DNA of 64,000 nucleotides from Alphaproteobacteria bacterium (GCA_017427405.1 JAFRSV010000012.1:5103-69102), one strand, 5' to 3'. Shown: positions 53,409 to 63,215, counted from the stretch's first letter. Program-made: numbers and translations. The notes: generated by a model from the sequence alone, not told the origin.

Positions 53409-55640
53409 ATGAGTGGTCAATCAAGATTTTTGCCGGAAAGTGTTTCGGGGGCTTTGCGTGGGCTGTGCGCAAAGTTGTGTGGTGTTGCAATTTTGATTTT
53501 GGCGGCCTGGTTGGTTGTCACGCTGATTTTTCATAACCCATATTTGACGGGTGTTGCTGCATCTGGAAATTTTGGAACGCAAAGTTTGATTGGAAATTTT
53601 GTTGGTTTGTTTAGGTATGTGATTGGTTATGTGCCGACGTTATTTTTGTTTCTGTGTATTGCACGGGCGGGACTTATTTTATTGTCTGGGGCGGCGCGCG
53701 ACGGAACACCAGAGTATAATATATTGCGTGGATTTGTTGCAATATGCCTTGGGGCGGCGGGGTTTGGTTTGATTGCGCCACGGACAACATATGGTGGTAT
53801 GATGGGTGCGGTTGCGGCGGCGGATGTTTTGAATTTGATGGGCGGTGTTGGCGCGATAGTTATTGGTGTTTTGTGTTTGTGTGGCTTCTTTATGATTGCG
53901 GGAATTTTGTTGCATATAAGTTTTGCCGATGTTATTCGAATTGTGCGTAATGTTATTGGTGTGGTGCGGTGGGTGCTGACCGCGTTTCATTTGATGAAAC
54001 CAGTTGAACCAGAAACCGAAGAAGAATCAGAAGAAGATGTAGAAGAAGAGACAGATGACGAAGAGGAAGAAGGGGAAGAAGAAAAACCGAAACCACGTCG
54101 CAAGCCCGCACGCCGGCGCGCCGTATCAAAAAGTGCGGAAGTAATAGAATATGAATTGCCCGACCCAGAATTTTTGGAAAAATCTAATTTTGGCAAAAGT
54201 GTTGTGACACCAGAATTAAAACAAAATGCGCGCGCGATGGAAATTCATTTTGCCGAATATGGTGTGAACGGGCATGTCGTTGGAATTCGCCCGGGACCGA
54301 TTGTGACACTTTATGAATTCAAACCCGACAGTGGTGTGCGTATGGTTGATATTAGCAAAACCGTCAAAGATATGACGCGTGCGATGGCAACGGAAAACAT
54401 CCGTATCGCGCATATTCCACGCACGGAACTTATCGGTGTTGAAATGGTGAATTTGAATCGCCAAACGGTCCGGTTCCAAGGTTTGGTTGCGGACGATGCA
54501 TTTGTGAATTCTAAATATAAAATACCGCTTGCACTGGGGGTTGATATCGGTGGCAATCCGATGTATTTCGATTTGGCCAAGATGCCGCACGTGTTGATTG
54601 CGGGGCGCACCGGGTCGGGTAAGTCCGTGTTTGTGCAATCGATAATTATGTCGGTGCTGTATCATTTTACGCCGGACAAGTGTAAACTTATGATTATTGA
54701 CCCCAAGGGTGTTGACTTTGGGTTCTGGGACGATATCCCGCACCTTATTACGCCGATTATAAAACTTGACCCGAATGCGGCGGTGAATGCGCTTAAATGG
54801 TCGGTCCAAGAAATGGAATTGCGGTATAAACGTTTGCTGGATTTCGGTGTGCAAAATATAGAGGCATATAACGAAGCGGTTGCCGCTAAACGCGCCGCGG
54901 GCGAAGTTGTGACCAAACAGGTTGCCGTCGGTACGAACGAAGAAACCGGCGAATTAGAATATGAAACGCAAACAGTTGATTTGTCAGATATGGCATATTT
55001 GGTAATTGTTATTGATGAAGTCGCCGATTTGATGGGTGTTGCCCGTAAAGAGGTCGAGGCCTGTGTCCAACGTTTGGCGCAAAAGGCGCGCGCCGCCGGA
55101 ATTCATCTTGTTATGGCGACCCAGCGACCCGATGCTACAACCATCACCGGTGTTATCAAGGCGAATTTCCCAACGCGTATTTCTTTCCAGGCGCGCAGTA
55201 ATATCGACAGTATGACGACATTGGGCGAAAAGGGTGCGGAAAATTTACTTGCGTGTGGTGATATGTTGTTTAGCGAGGCCGGACGTGTCCCCGTGCGCAT
55301 ACACGGTGCGTTTATCGAACCCGCTGAAATGACGCGTGTGGCGGATTTCCTGCGTGCGCAGGGCGAACCGGAATATGTGTCTGGTGTTGTTGATGGCGAA
55401 GACGGTGGTGCGGTGGCCAGTGGTGCGGTGCCGGGCATGTCCGTCAGTACGGGTGATAAAGATGCCGACCTGTATGCCCAGGCCAAAGAGTATGTTATCA
55501 AAGATAAAAAGCCAACAATATCTTATATCCAACGGCGTTTAAGTGTTGGTTATAACAAGGCCGCCGGGTTTATGGAACGCATGGAACAGGAAGGTATCGT
55601 CAGTGCGCCCGACCCGAACGGCAAACGGCATATATTGTGA
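53409..55640 (+). CDS. ftsK: DNA translocase FtsK
   Basis: N-terminal TMs, acidic/basic linker, GRTGSGKS, ATQRP, and a gamma winged helix (ISYIQRRLSVGYNKAAGFMERME). Confidence 0.95.
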   Translation: MSGQSRFLPESVSGALRGLCAKLCGVAILILAAWLVVTLIFHNPYLTGVAASGNFGTQSLIGNFVGLFRYVIGYVPTLFLFLCIARAGLILLSGAARDGTPEYNILRGFVAICLGAAGFGLIAPRTTYGGMMGAVAAADVLNLMGGVGAIVIGVLCLCGFFMIAGILLHISFADVIRIVRNVIGVVRWVLTAFHLMKPVEPETEEESEEDVEEETDDEEEEGEEEKPKPRRKPARRRAVSKSAEVIEYELPDPEFLEKSNFGKSVVTPELKQNARAMEIHFAEYGVNGHVVGIRPGPIVTLYEFKPDSGVRMVDISKTVKDMTRAMATENIRIAHIPRTELIGVEMVNLNRQTVRFQGLVADDAFVNSKYKIPLALGVDIGGNPMYFDLAKMPHVLIAGRTGSGKSVFVQSIIMSVLYHFTPDKCKLMIIDPKGVDFGFWDDIPHLITPIIKLDPNAAVNALKWSVQEMELRYKRLLDFGVQNIEAYNEAVAAKRAAGEVVTKQVAVGTNEETGELEYETQTVDLSDMAYLVIVIDEVADLMGVARKEVEACVQRLAQKARAAGIHLVMATQRPDATTITGVIKANFPTRISFQARSNIDSMTTLGEKGAENLLACGDMLFSEAGRVPVRIHGAFIEPAEMTRVADFLRAQGEPEYVSGVVDGEDGGAVASGAVPGMSVSTGDKDADLYAQAKEYVIKDKKPTISYIQRRLSVGYNKAAGFMERMEQEGIVSAPDPNGKRHIL

Positions 55641-55706
55641 TTTTTATGCTTTGTAAATGGGATTTTTTGTGATATAATTCGGTCATAAAACTAAGGAGAA
55701 AAATAA

Positions 55707-56954
55707 ATGAAAGGATATTTGTCTATATTTGCTTTGGCGGCATTTGTTGGGGTTGCACCCGCGTTTGCGGCGACGAATTTTGGTATGGGCGGCGCATCGG
55801 CGGCGAACCTTAATACCACGACACCCGCGGTGCGTGATAACCCAAATGTGAATTATCAAAAGTATGAAACGCGTACCACCACGCGGACCTATGCGGTGCC
55901 GGTGCGCCAATCAAATGTTGGATATACGACAACAACCAATAACTACTATACTCCGGTCAATCGTGGCCAGGTGTATTATAATAATAACGCCGGTTCGTCC
56001 GCCGTGTCGACATATAATCGTTCGTCCATGGTACGCAGCCAGGTTAAACGCAAATATTACCTTGCGCATCCGTTCTTTCAACCGACCGAAGGTAAGTTCG
56101 GGGCTATAACGGATATTTCATATAATATGAATTCTTATGATTTAGATTTTCTGTTGTTGCCAGAATTGATAGAGGAAAATCCTAATTTTGATACCAAGGC
56201 AAAATGGAGTGCGCGTGGATTCGCCCTTAAAGAAGATTTAAGTTATGGTATCACAGACCGGTTTGCGGTTTTGCTGATGGGGCGGTTTGATTCCACAAAA
56301 TATAAATTTGATTGGTCCAGTGCACCGGATGATGAAATGAAAGACAATGGTCTTAATATCTATGGGGCCGGGGTTCAATGGCGCTTTGTTGATAACGCGG
56401 AATGGATTGCGACCGCGTCTGCGTATTATGAACGTCAACAAGATGTTGCAAATGAATTTGTTTTGGATTTAAAGGGTGGGTATAAAATTTCCAAATCAAC
56501 AATCTATGGTTTATTGCGTGGTTGGTTGGTAAGTTTTGATGATAAATATTATGGCAATGGTATCACAGGTTCAGACGAAGAGGGTAGAGAAGCATCAATT
56601 TTCGTCGCGTATAATGGTGACACGCAGACAACATTGTTCGTCGAAGGTGGCGTTGGCGTGTTCAGTGTGTTAGATGAAGATTGGACATTGAACCTAGAGG
56701 CGATATATGGTCACTATGATTGGCATGGTCAGGCATCAATCAGGGCCGAACTTGGGTGGCAACCGAATGATTGGTTTGCGTTGACGTTGTATGGAAAAAC
56801 ATCATTCTTTGATACCGCCGATGGGCAAAAGTTGGATGCATACATGACATATTATGATGATGCAAATCAGATGCAATGGGGCAACCTTGGCCAGGCCCGG
56901 GTTGATAAGTATAAAGAAATGTCAGTTGGGGGTCGGATTATATTCTACTTCTAA
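55707..56954 (+). CDS. Outer-membrane beta-barrel protein (hypothetical)
   Basis: Signal peptide ending APAFA, a T/N/Y-rich low-complexity N-terminal region, alternating beta-strand pattern, and terminal aromatic residues (IIFYF). Confidence 0.6.
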   Translation: MKGYLSIFALAAFVGVAPAFAATNFGMGGASAANLNTTTPAVRDNPNVNYQKYETRTTTRTYAVPVRQSNVGYTTTTNNYYTPVNRGQVYYNNNAGSSAVSTYNRSSMVRSQVKRKYYLAHPFFQPTEGKFGAITDISYNMNSYDLDFLLLPELIEENPNFDTKAKWSARGFALKEDLSYGITDRFAVLLMGRFDSTKYKFDWSSAPDDEMKDNGLNIYGAGVQWRFVDNAEWIATASAYYERQQDVANEFVLDLKGGYKISKSTIYGLLRGWLVSFDDKYYGNGITGSDEEGREASIFVAYNGDTQTTLFVEGGVGVFSVLDEDWTLNLEAIYGHYDWHGQASIRAELGWQPNDWFALTLYGKTSFFDTADGQKLDAYMTYYDDANQMQWGNLGQARVDKYKEMSVGGRIIFYF

Positions 56955-56966
56955 TTCGTGCGTTTG

Positions 56967-56992
56967 AACCGGCGGCGCAAATGTCGCCGGTT
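56967..56992 (+). terminator. Probable terminator hairpin
   Basis: AACCGGCG-gcgcaaatgt-CGCCGGTT, with only a weak T tract after it. Confidence 0.45.
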
Positions 56993-57021
56993 GCTTTATA
57001 AAAAATATGGGAACAGATTAG

Positions 57022-57726
57022 ATGCGAAAAATTTTAATCGGATTTTTGGGAATAATGGCGTGCGCCGGTGTGCGTGCCGAAGGTTTGGTTGATGATACAT
57101 CCGACCCATTGTTTCTGACGGCGCGTGGTCGGTTATTGTCACGCACGATTTTTGATTACTTTGAAAACGGTTTGCGTGTGGGCCAGTATTTGAACTATGG
57201 CGTTGTTGATGGTTTGGTTGTTGGTGGAAATTTTTATTACCAACGTGATTTTGACGGGGATGAAAGTGGTTTTTCAAGCGCGGATTTGAATGCACTTTAT
57301 CGTGTTGCGAATTCGGCGGATAATCATCTGATTTATGATATGTTGGGTGGTGTAAAGTTTGGTGGTTCGCATCGGTTGCGTTCACCTGATTTCGCGGATT
57401 CGGTGTATTACCTTGGGTTCCGGTTTGGTCAGCAATATGAACATGTGACACTTGCCGCGACCGTAAAGTCCAGTTGGATTTTTAATAACGAACATGGAAT
57501 CGCGTTTATTGATTTTTCGCCGGATTTATATTTGCGTGTGACGGCGGATTGGCGGGTTGGTGTCGGTGCAACTTTGCGCAAGGCGACCGATAAATGTTAT
57601 GACGAAGAAACCGTTGGCGGACGCATTGTTCGGCAATATGGCCGGACGCAATATGTTGGGCATTTCGATTATTCGTTTGAATCGGAAAAGTTTACGACCG
57701 GACTAAAAATAAATATCTTGTTCTAG
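57022..57726 (+). CDS. Outer-membrane beta-barrel protein (hypothetical)
   Basis: Signal peptide, alternating-hydrophobicity strands, and a terminal ...LKINILF. Confidence 0.55.
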   Translation: MRKILIGFLGIMACAGVRAEGLVDDTSDPLFLTARGRLLSRTIFDYFENGLRVGQYLNYGVVDGLVVGGNFYYQRDFDGDESGFSSADLNALYRVANSADNHLIYDMLGGVKFGGSHRLRSPDFADSVYYLGFRFGQQYEHVTLAATVKSSWIFNNEHGIAFIDFSPDLYLRVTADWRVGVGATLRKATDKCYDEETVGGRIVRQYGRTQYVGHFDYSFESEKFTTGLKINILF

Positions 57727-59009
57727 TTTTCGGAATCTTTGTTTGCACGGGCGCGCAATGCGTTCCAGTATTCAAGACGCTTTTTAATTTCGCGTTCGAA
57801 TCCGCGTTCGATTGGGTGATAGAAACTTTGGCGTTGCATACTTTCGGGAAAACAATTTTGACCGCTACATCCGGATTCCGTGTCCGGGTCATAAATATAA
57901 CCTTTGCCGTATCCCATTTCCCGCATCATTTTTGTTGGCGCATTTAAAATGTTTTTTGGTGGCATAAGGTTTGATGTCTGTTTCGCCACCGCATAAGATG
58001 CCATTTTCGCGCGGTCAACCGAAACACTTTTCGGTGCCGTCCCAAGATAGATTACAAGTTCGGTCAGGGCAAGGTCGCCTTCGGGACTGCCCATGCGTTC
58101 GTAAACCTGCCATGCGGCAAGGGCAATTTGCATCGCGTTCGGGTCGGCAAGGCCAACATCTTCCATTGCGAATCTTGTCAGGCGACGGAAAATGTACATT
58201 GGGTCCTGGCCCGCGGTCATCATGCGCGCAACCCAATAAAGCGCCGCGTCTGTATCACTTGCGCGCAATGATTTATGCACGGCGGAAATCATATTGTAAT
58301 GTTCATCGCCGGTTTTGTCCGAAAGCGGTGCGCGCTTTTGAATCACGTTATCAAGTTCGTCGGGGCCAAGGTTTTTTTTGAATTTTGCATTTACCAGGTA
58401 TTCAACCGTGTTTAGCAAGAATCGCGCATCGCCGTCGGAAATTTCCGCAAGGTGTTTTTTTGCATCCGCGCTTAGGGGCAATTTTTTGCCGATAAATTTT
58501 TCCGCGCGTTCAATGAGTGTCGCCAAATCCGCCGTATTCAGTGGTTCCAAAACACCAATGTGGCAACGCGATAACAACGCGTTATTCAAATTAAAACTTG
58601 GGTTTTCGGTGGTTGCACCAATAAAGACAACTGTGCCGTCTTCCAAATATGGCAGCAATGTATCCTGTTGTGTTTTGTTGAATCGATGAATTTCGTCGAT
58701 GAACAAAAGTGTGCCACGCCCAATGGCTGAATTGGTGCGTGCAACCTCCATCGTTTTCTTTATGTCCGCCGTGCCGGAAAAAACCGCAGACATGGGAACA
58801 AAATCCATATCAACCGAATTTGCCAATGCGCGCGCAATTGTGGTTTTTCCACATCCCGGTGGCCCCCACAGCAACAGGTTTGAAAGTTTATGCGCCACAA
58901 CCATGCGGCGGACAATGCCGTTTTCGCCAAGCAGTGCCGTTTGACCCACGACATCGTCAATCGTGTTCGGACGCATTAAATCGGCAAGTGGACGTGAATT
59001 ATTCTGCAT
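57723..59009 (-). CDS. rarA: Replication-associated recombination protein RarA/MgsA
   Basis: GPPGCGKTT, FIDEIHRFNK, and a MgsA C-terminal domain. Confidence 0.93.
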   Translation of the reverse strand: MQNNSRPLADLMRPNTIDDVVGQTALLGENGIVRRMVVAHKLSNLLLWGPPGCGKTTIARALANSVDMDFVPMSAVFSGTADIKKTMEVARTNSAIGRGTLLFIDEIHRFNKTQQDTLLPYLEDGTVVFIGATTENPSFNLNNALLSRCHIGVLEPLNTADLATLIERAEKFIGKKLPLSADAKKHLAEISDGDARFLLNTVEYLVNAKFKKNLGPDELDNVIQKRAPLSDKTGDEHYNMISAVHKSLRASDTDAALYWVARMMTAGQDPMYIFRRLTRFAMEDVGLADPNAMQIALAAWQVYERMGSPEGDLALTELVIYLGTAPKSVSVDRAKMASYAVAKQTSNLMPPKNILNAPTKMMREMGYGKGYIYDPDTESGCSGQNCFPESMQRQSFYHPIERGFEREIKKRLEYWNALRARANKDSEN

Positions 59010-59088
59010 TTTATTCTTCTTTATTTTATGGTATAATCATAGAAAATAAACATTTGGTTGGCAATATATAAAATATAGGGGAAATATT

Positions 59089-61101
59089 ATGCGCGTTTTT
59101 GTAAATGTTGATGATAAACGGTGGAAAAAATATGATATCGATTTTGAAAAAATCGCCAATGCCGCGGTGACCGCTGTATACAAGAATTCAGAAGTGTCGA
59201 TTACATTGGTAAATGATGCGGAAATAAAGAAAATAAATAAAAAATATCGCGGAATAAACAAACCGACAAATGTGCTATCTTTTGAATTGGACGATGATGT
59301 GTTGTTGGGCGATATTTTTATATCGTTGGATACCGTTCGACGTGAAGCAAAATCAGAAAATATATCGGTGGCGGAACATACGGCGCATATGATTGTGCAT
59401 GGTGTTTTGCATCTTTTGGGATATGATCATTTGAACGACAAAGATGCGGAAAAAATGGAAAAAAAGGAAACAGCCATACTAAAAAAATTGGGATATAAAA
59501 ATCCCTATACGGCGGAATCCGGCGTATGCAACGATGAATCGTGTTGCCCGGGTGGAAAATTTGTTGTTGGGTTAAAAAAGTTTTTTCGTGGTGCGTTTGG
59601 TCGAACATTAGTTTATTCATTGTGTGCGGTGGTGGCAAGTTTTGGGTTTGCGCCATTTAATTTTTGGTGGGCGACGCTGATTGGTATTGGTGGCGCGTAT
59701 TTATTGTCGTTGAAAAATTTAGTTGGTGTTTCGGCGTGGCGAAAATTTTGGCGGATTTTCCCGTTTGGCGCGGTGTATGCAATTGCGATGTTTTGGTGGG
59801 TGTTGAACAGTATTTATGTTGTGCCAGAATTAGCAAGTCAATTTGCAATTTGGACGGTTCCAGGAATTATTGGAATCGGTATTGTTGGTGGAATTATTTT
59901 TACACCGCCATTTTTGGCAATTTCTTCTATACGGCTAAATCCGGCGTGTAGACCGTTTTTGTTCGCGTCGGTTTGGACACTGGTTTTATGGTTGCGTGAA
60001 TGGTTGTTCACCGGGTTTCCATGGAATCCGATTGCGAATATATCGTTGCAAAATTTACATGTTGCAAATTCAATGTCGCTTTATGGCGCGTTGGGACTTA
60101 CCTTTGTGATTATTGGTGTTATTGCGGCGGTTTGTGAAATTATAAAAAACAGGCGCGATGGATTAAATTGGTTCGTGTTGCTATGTTTTTTGATGTTTGG
60201 TGTGGTTGGAATTTTGTATGGCCGGCGGAATATAACCCTTGTTCAAAATAGTTGTGATGTCTTGCCGCGGCCGGTTATAAGGATTGTGCAACCGGCGCAG
60301 AGCGCAATTCAAAAGGCAACATATTCGCGTGCGGTGGCGTTGCAAAATGCGAATCATAATATAAATGTAATGACCGAAATTGCGTCGTCCGAAGGCGAAT
60401 ATGATTTGGTTGTTTTCCCGGAAACGGCGTATCCATTTGTTATGATGCCAGGGGATATTGTTTCAATGGCGCGGATTTTAGATAAACCGATGGTTATAGG
60501 TGCGAATTATTTTGATGATGGGAAATTATATAATTCAATGTTGATGGTGAATACGGATGCCACGGTTTCCGGCGTATACAGCAAATCGCACCTTGTGCCG
60601 TTTGGGGAATATCGTCCGTTTGGTGATTTAATTCCCACACCGGGACAATTGACGGCGGGCGATGGACCGGAATTGATAAAAATGAATCTTGGGGGCAAGA
60701 ATTTTGTTTTTGCACCCGCGATTTGTTATGAAGTTATTTTTTCTGATTCACTTATTCCGCGTGGGAAAATACCAAATGCAATTATAAATATCACAAATGA
60801 TAATTGGTTCGGAAAAACGCCGGGAACATATCAACACCTTGGTATGGTGCGGCGGTATGCAATTGAATCGGGTGTGCCGATTGTGCGCGCAAATTATTCG
60901 GGTATAAGTGCGTTTGTTGCCGCCGATGGTAATATCGAAGCGATGATTCCAATTGGTGTTGCGGGACATATTGATGGTACGGTTTGTGGCGCGCATAGAA
61001 CGGCGTACAGGAGGTTTGGTCGTGATATGTGGATGATAATTATTTTGGTCGTGTCGTGTTTGGGAACAATATGGATTGCGGGCGTGACACGGAAAAAATA
61101 A
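59089..61101 (+). CDS. Single ORF fusing YbeY endoribonuclease (aa 1 to ~145) to apolipoprotein N-acyltransferase Lnt (aa ~165 to 670)
   Basis: YbeY motif HGVLHLLGYDH. Lnt has multiple TMs plus a CN-hydrolase E-K-C triad (VVFPETAYP, SKSHLVPFGEY, APAICYEVIF). There is no stop and no in-frame ATG/GTG/TTG in the junction. Confidence 0.8.
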   Translation: MRVFVNVDDKRWKKYDIDFEKIANAAVTAVYKNSEVSITLVNDAEIKKINKKYRGINKPTNVLSFELDDDVLLGDIFISLDTVRREAKSENISVAEHTAHMIVHGVLHLLGYDHLNDKDAEKMEKKETAILKKLGYKNPYTAESGVCNDESCCPGGKFVVGLKKFFRGAFGRTLVYSLCAVVASFGFAPFNFWWATLIGIGGAYLLSLKNLVGVSAWRKFWRIFPFGAVYAIAMFWWVLNSIYVVPELASQFAIWTVPGIIGIGIVGGIIFTPPFLAISSIRLNPACRPFLFASVWTLVLWLREWLFTGFPWNPIANISLQNLHVANSMSLYGALGLTFVIIGVIAAVCEIIKNRRDGLNWFVLLCFLMFGVVGILYGRRNITLVQNSCDVLPRPVIRIVQPAQSAIQKATYSRAVALQNANHNINVMTEIASSEGEYDLVVFPETAYPFVMMPGDIVSMARILDKPMVIGANYFDDGKLYNSMLMVNTDATVSGVYSKSHLVPFGEYRPFGDLIPTPGQLTAGDGPELIKMNLGGKNFVFAPAICYEVIFSDSLIPRGKIPNAIINITNDNWFGKTPGTYQHLGMVRRYAIESGVPIVRANYSGISAFVAADGNIEAMIPIGVAGHIDGTVCGAHRTAYRRFGRDMWMIIILVVSCLGTIWIAGVTRKK

Positions 61102-61105
61102 AAAC

Positions 61106-61309
61106 TTATTTACGATAGTATTTTAAAACATAAATGCGCACCGCGGACGACAGGTTCGTTCCAATGGTGCGCTTTTCATCGATTTCGTCAATGATTTTTG
61201 CAACCGGTTTGTTGATTTCGTGGGCAATTTCGTGCAAGGCATCGATAAATTCATGTTCCAATGAAAGGCTTGTTTGATGACCCGATAAAGATACAGATAT
61301 TTTTTTCAT
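61106..61309 (-). CDS. Ribbon-helix-helix (RHH_4) domain protein
   Basis: ISVSLSGHQTSLSLEHEFIDALHEIA...NLSSAVRIYVLKYY matches the RHH_4 pattern. Confidence 0.8.
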   Translation of the reverse strand: MKKISVSLSGHQTSLSLEHEFIDALHEIAHEINKPVAKIIDEIDEKRTIGTNLSSAVRIYVLKYYRK

Positions 61310-61310
61310 A

Positions 61311-61739
61311 CTATATTTTTCCCCCGGCAAGGCATTCATAAATTGCACGATAAATATCATTATATTTTCGTAAAAGTTGAAGCCCAATATTGTCCATCAT
61401 TACGCATGTTCCCGATGTGTCGAATGCAAACCAAAATAAATCATTTCGGCCAAATACGGTTTTTCCACGAAGTGCCGGAATGTTTGTAAGGTCTTGGTTT
61501 ATTGCCAATATGTCGGGGATTGGATGCGTGCGCCCAGTTTTATATTCGTTGGGACCAAAGATATATCCGTTCCCAAGTTTAATTCCACCACAAATTTGAT
61601 AAAACTTTATAAATTCATTTGGCAACATCGCGGCACGAATCTTTTGCAGATTCATATTCAGAATCGTGATTTGGCCGGTCGGCGTGGCCGGTGCAAAAAA
61701 TGCACCATGTTGTTTCAAAGATTCAAGTAGTTGGTTCAT
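61311..61739 (-). CDS. SMI1/KNR4 (SUKH superfamily)-like protein
   Basis: LPNEFIKFYQICGGIKLGNGYIFG...FGRNDLFWFAFDTSGTCVMMD resembles SUKH-1 immunity-type domains. Confidence 0.55.
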   Translation of the reverse strand: MNQLLESLKQHGAFFAPATPTGQITILNMNLQKIRAAMLPNEFIKFYQICGGIKLGNGYIFGPNEYKTGRTHPIPDILAINQDLTNIPALRGKTVFGRNDLFWFAFDTSGTCVMMDNIGLQLLRKYNDIYRAIYECLAGGKI

Positions 61740-62242
61740 GATTGGTTGCGTCCCGTGTTCATTGTTGCGGCAAATTGACTAAGCCGGTCGGCCGTGGCGT
61801 TTCCGCCGTTACCACTTATTGTTGAATGTATCGGCAGGTAAATTTTCTTTTCAGGATTCGGCAACCATATTGTTTCATTTCCATATTGTTCGATGATAAA
61901 TCGGTCAAGGTTTTGTGAATGTGGAAATGTGGCGCACATAAACATATTTTCAATGTCTAATTTGCCACCCCAAACAAGTGGCGTGCGAAAACGAAATGAC
62001 AAGTTCGCCGGTAATGCACGGCCCATCAATAAATCCATAAATTCATCACGGCTAAGGTTCATTAGTGCCAGTTCTTGGACACAGTCTGATAATGAGCGCA
62101 TAAATTCATGGCATAGTTTTTTGTATTGTGCAAACCAATCAGATGGCACCGCGGAAATTTTTGGCTGTATCGGGGTGACCGGCATATCCGGCATTTTCAT
62201 GTCAGATAATCTTTTTTCCGCGATTGATTGGTTCCATTGCAT
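61736..62242 (-). CDS. Hypothetical protein (possible degenerate HNH-like beta-beta-alpha motif)
   Basis: 168 aa. TPLVWGGKLDIENMFMCATFPHSQNLDRFI has P-x3-GG-x5-N...H spacing. Coupled to both neighbours (ATGA and TAATG overlaps). Confidence 0.5.
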   Translation of the reverse strand: MQWNQSIAEKRLSDMKMPDMPVTPIQPKISAVPSDWFAQYKKLCHEFMRSLSDCVQELALMNLSRDEFMDLLMGRALPANLSFRFRTPLVWGGKLDIENMFMCATFPHSQNLDRFIIEQYGNETIWLPNPEKKIYLPIHSTISGNGGNATADRLSQFAATMNTGRNQS

Positions 62243-63186
62243 TATGATTTTCCAATGTATCCGGTTACGGTGCCGATGTATGTAGAAAACGCTTCGAACA
62301 ATTCAGCGTCGTAATCGTCAGGTTTCATGTTTTTGTGTTCACTTACATATTTCACAAAATCCGCAGTATTGTCAAATGTTATAATTAAATCGTCACCCCG
62401 TTGCACGGGTTCGGTCGGTTCGATTATAAATCCACGCAGTTTAATATCGTTTGCCGTTTCGCCCAGTGTGTCATCAAATATCGTGACCAGTGTTTGAATT
62501 GATTCGACCATTGTGTTCGGTGATGCCTTGGTTGCGATAATCCACATAGATTGGTCGTATGCGATGGCCACAGTCGGATTTTGCAACTTTCCAATTCGGT
62601 CACATTTTTTGATTATGTATTCAGCATTTTCAAGTGCGGTTCGAATTTCGGGTGAATTTGTGTTTTGGGTCGGTTGTGGTGTTGTCACAGGTCTGGGCAT
62701 TTGTTGCAATGGCGGGGTTGGAATTGTTGCAGTTGGTCTTTGGACGGGCGGGCGCAGTCCCATTGGTGACATTGGTCGCGGTGTCAAAGATATTGCGGGC
62801 GCAGGGCGGGGGCTGAATGTTTCCTTGCTTTTATTTTCCGCCTTTGGTTTTTCCGGGGCAGGGGTTGGTTGAATCACGGGTTGTTGTGGTACGATTACAA
62901 TGTTTGATTTTTGTGGCATCGTTGATGTTATATCTTTTACGCGTTTTGTCCGTGGGCGGACAATCAGATACAATCCGATTAGTGCAATAAAAAGTGCCGC
63001 AATTAGTGAGATATAAAAGTCCGGTTTAATTTCTGAACGATTCGCCTGAAGCGTGCCAAGGTATTCCCAATGTGCCGCCGACAGCATATCGAACCCATAA
63101 TTTGTATTCATCCAAAGGGTTGTTATAAGCGTAATCGACAACAACCATAAAATGCCCAATAAAAATTTTTCAAAAAATCTTTTCAT
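62242..63186 (-). CDS. Membrane protein with a Pro-rich linker and a C-terminal globular domain (hypothetical)
   Basis: Two N-terminal TM segments, about 90 aa of P/Q/T-rich linker, and about 140 aa of C-terminal domain. Confidence 0.6.
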   Translation of the reverse strand: MKRFFEKFLLGILWLLSITLITTLWMNTNYGFDMLSAAHWEYLGTLQANRSEIKPDFYISLIAALFIALIGLYLIVRPRTKRVKDITSTMPQKSNIVIVPQQPVIQPTPAPEKPKAENKSKETFSPRPAPAISLTPRPMSPMGLRPPVQRPTATIPTPPLQQMPRPVTTPQPTQNTNSPEIRTALENAEYIIKKCDRIGKLQNPTVAIAYDQSMWIIATKASPNTMVESIQTLVTIFDDTLGETANDIKLRGFIIEPTEPVQRGDDLIITFDNTADFVKYVSEHKNMKPDDYDAELFEAFSTYIGTVTGYIGKS

Positions 63187-63199
63187 AGCGTTTAAATTA

Positions 63200-63215
63200 T
63201 ATCACAATTGTGATA
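63200..63215. promoter_or_regulatory. Perfect 16-bp palindrome (candidate operator) in the divergent intergenic region
   Basis: TATCACAATTGTGATA. On the minus strand it abuts a TATAAT located 9 nt before the ATG at 63186. Confidence 0.5.

Noticed and set aside
53987-54196. Ser-rich 69-aa minus-strand ORF, and the acidic EEESEEDVEEE tract on the plus strand
   Set aside because: The plus-strand tract is the low-complexity linker common in FtsK. The minus-strand ORF is its antisense reflection.
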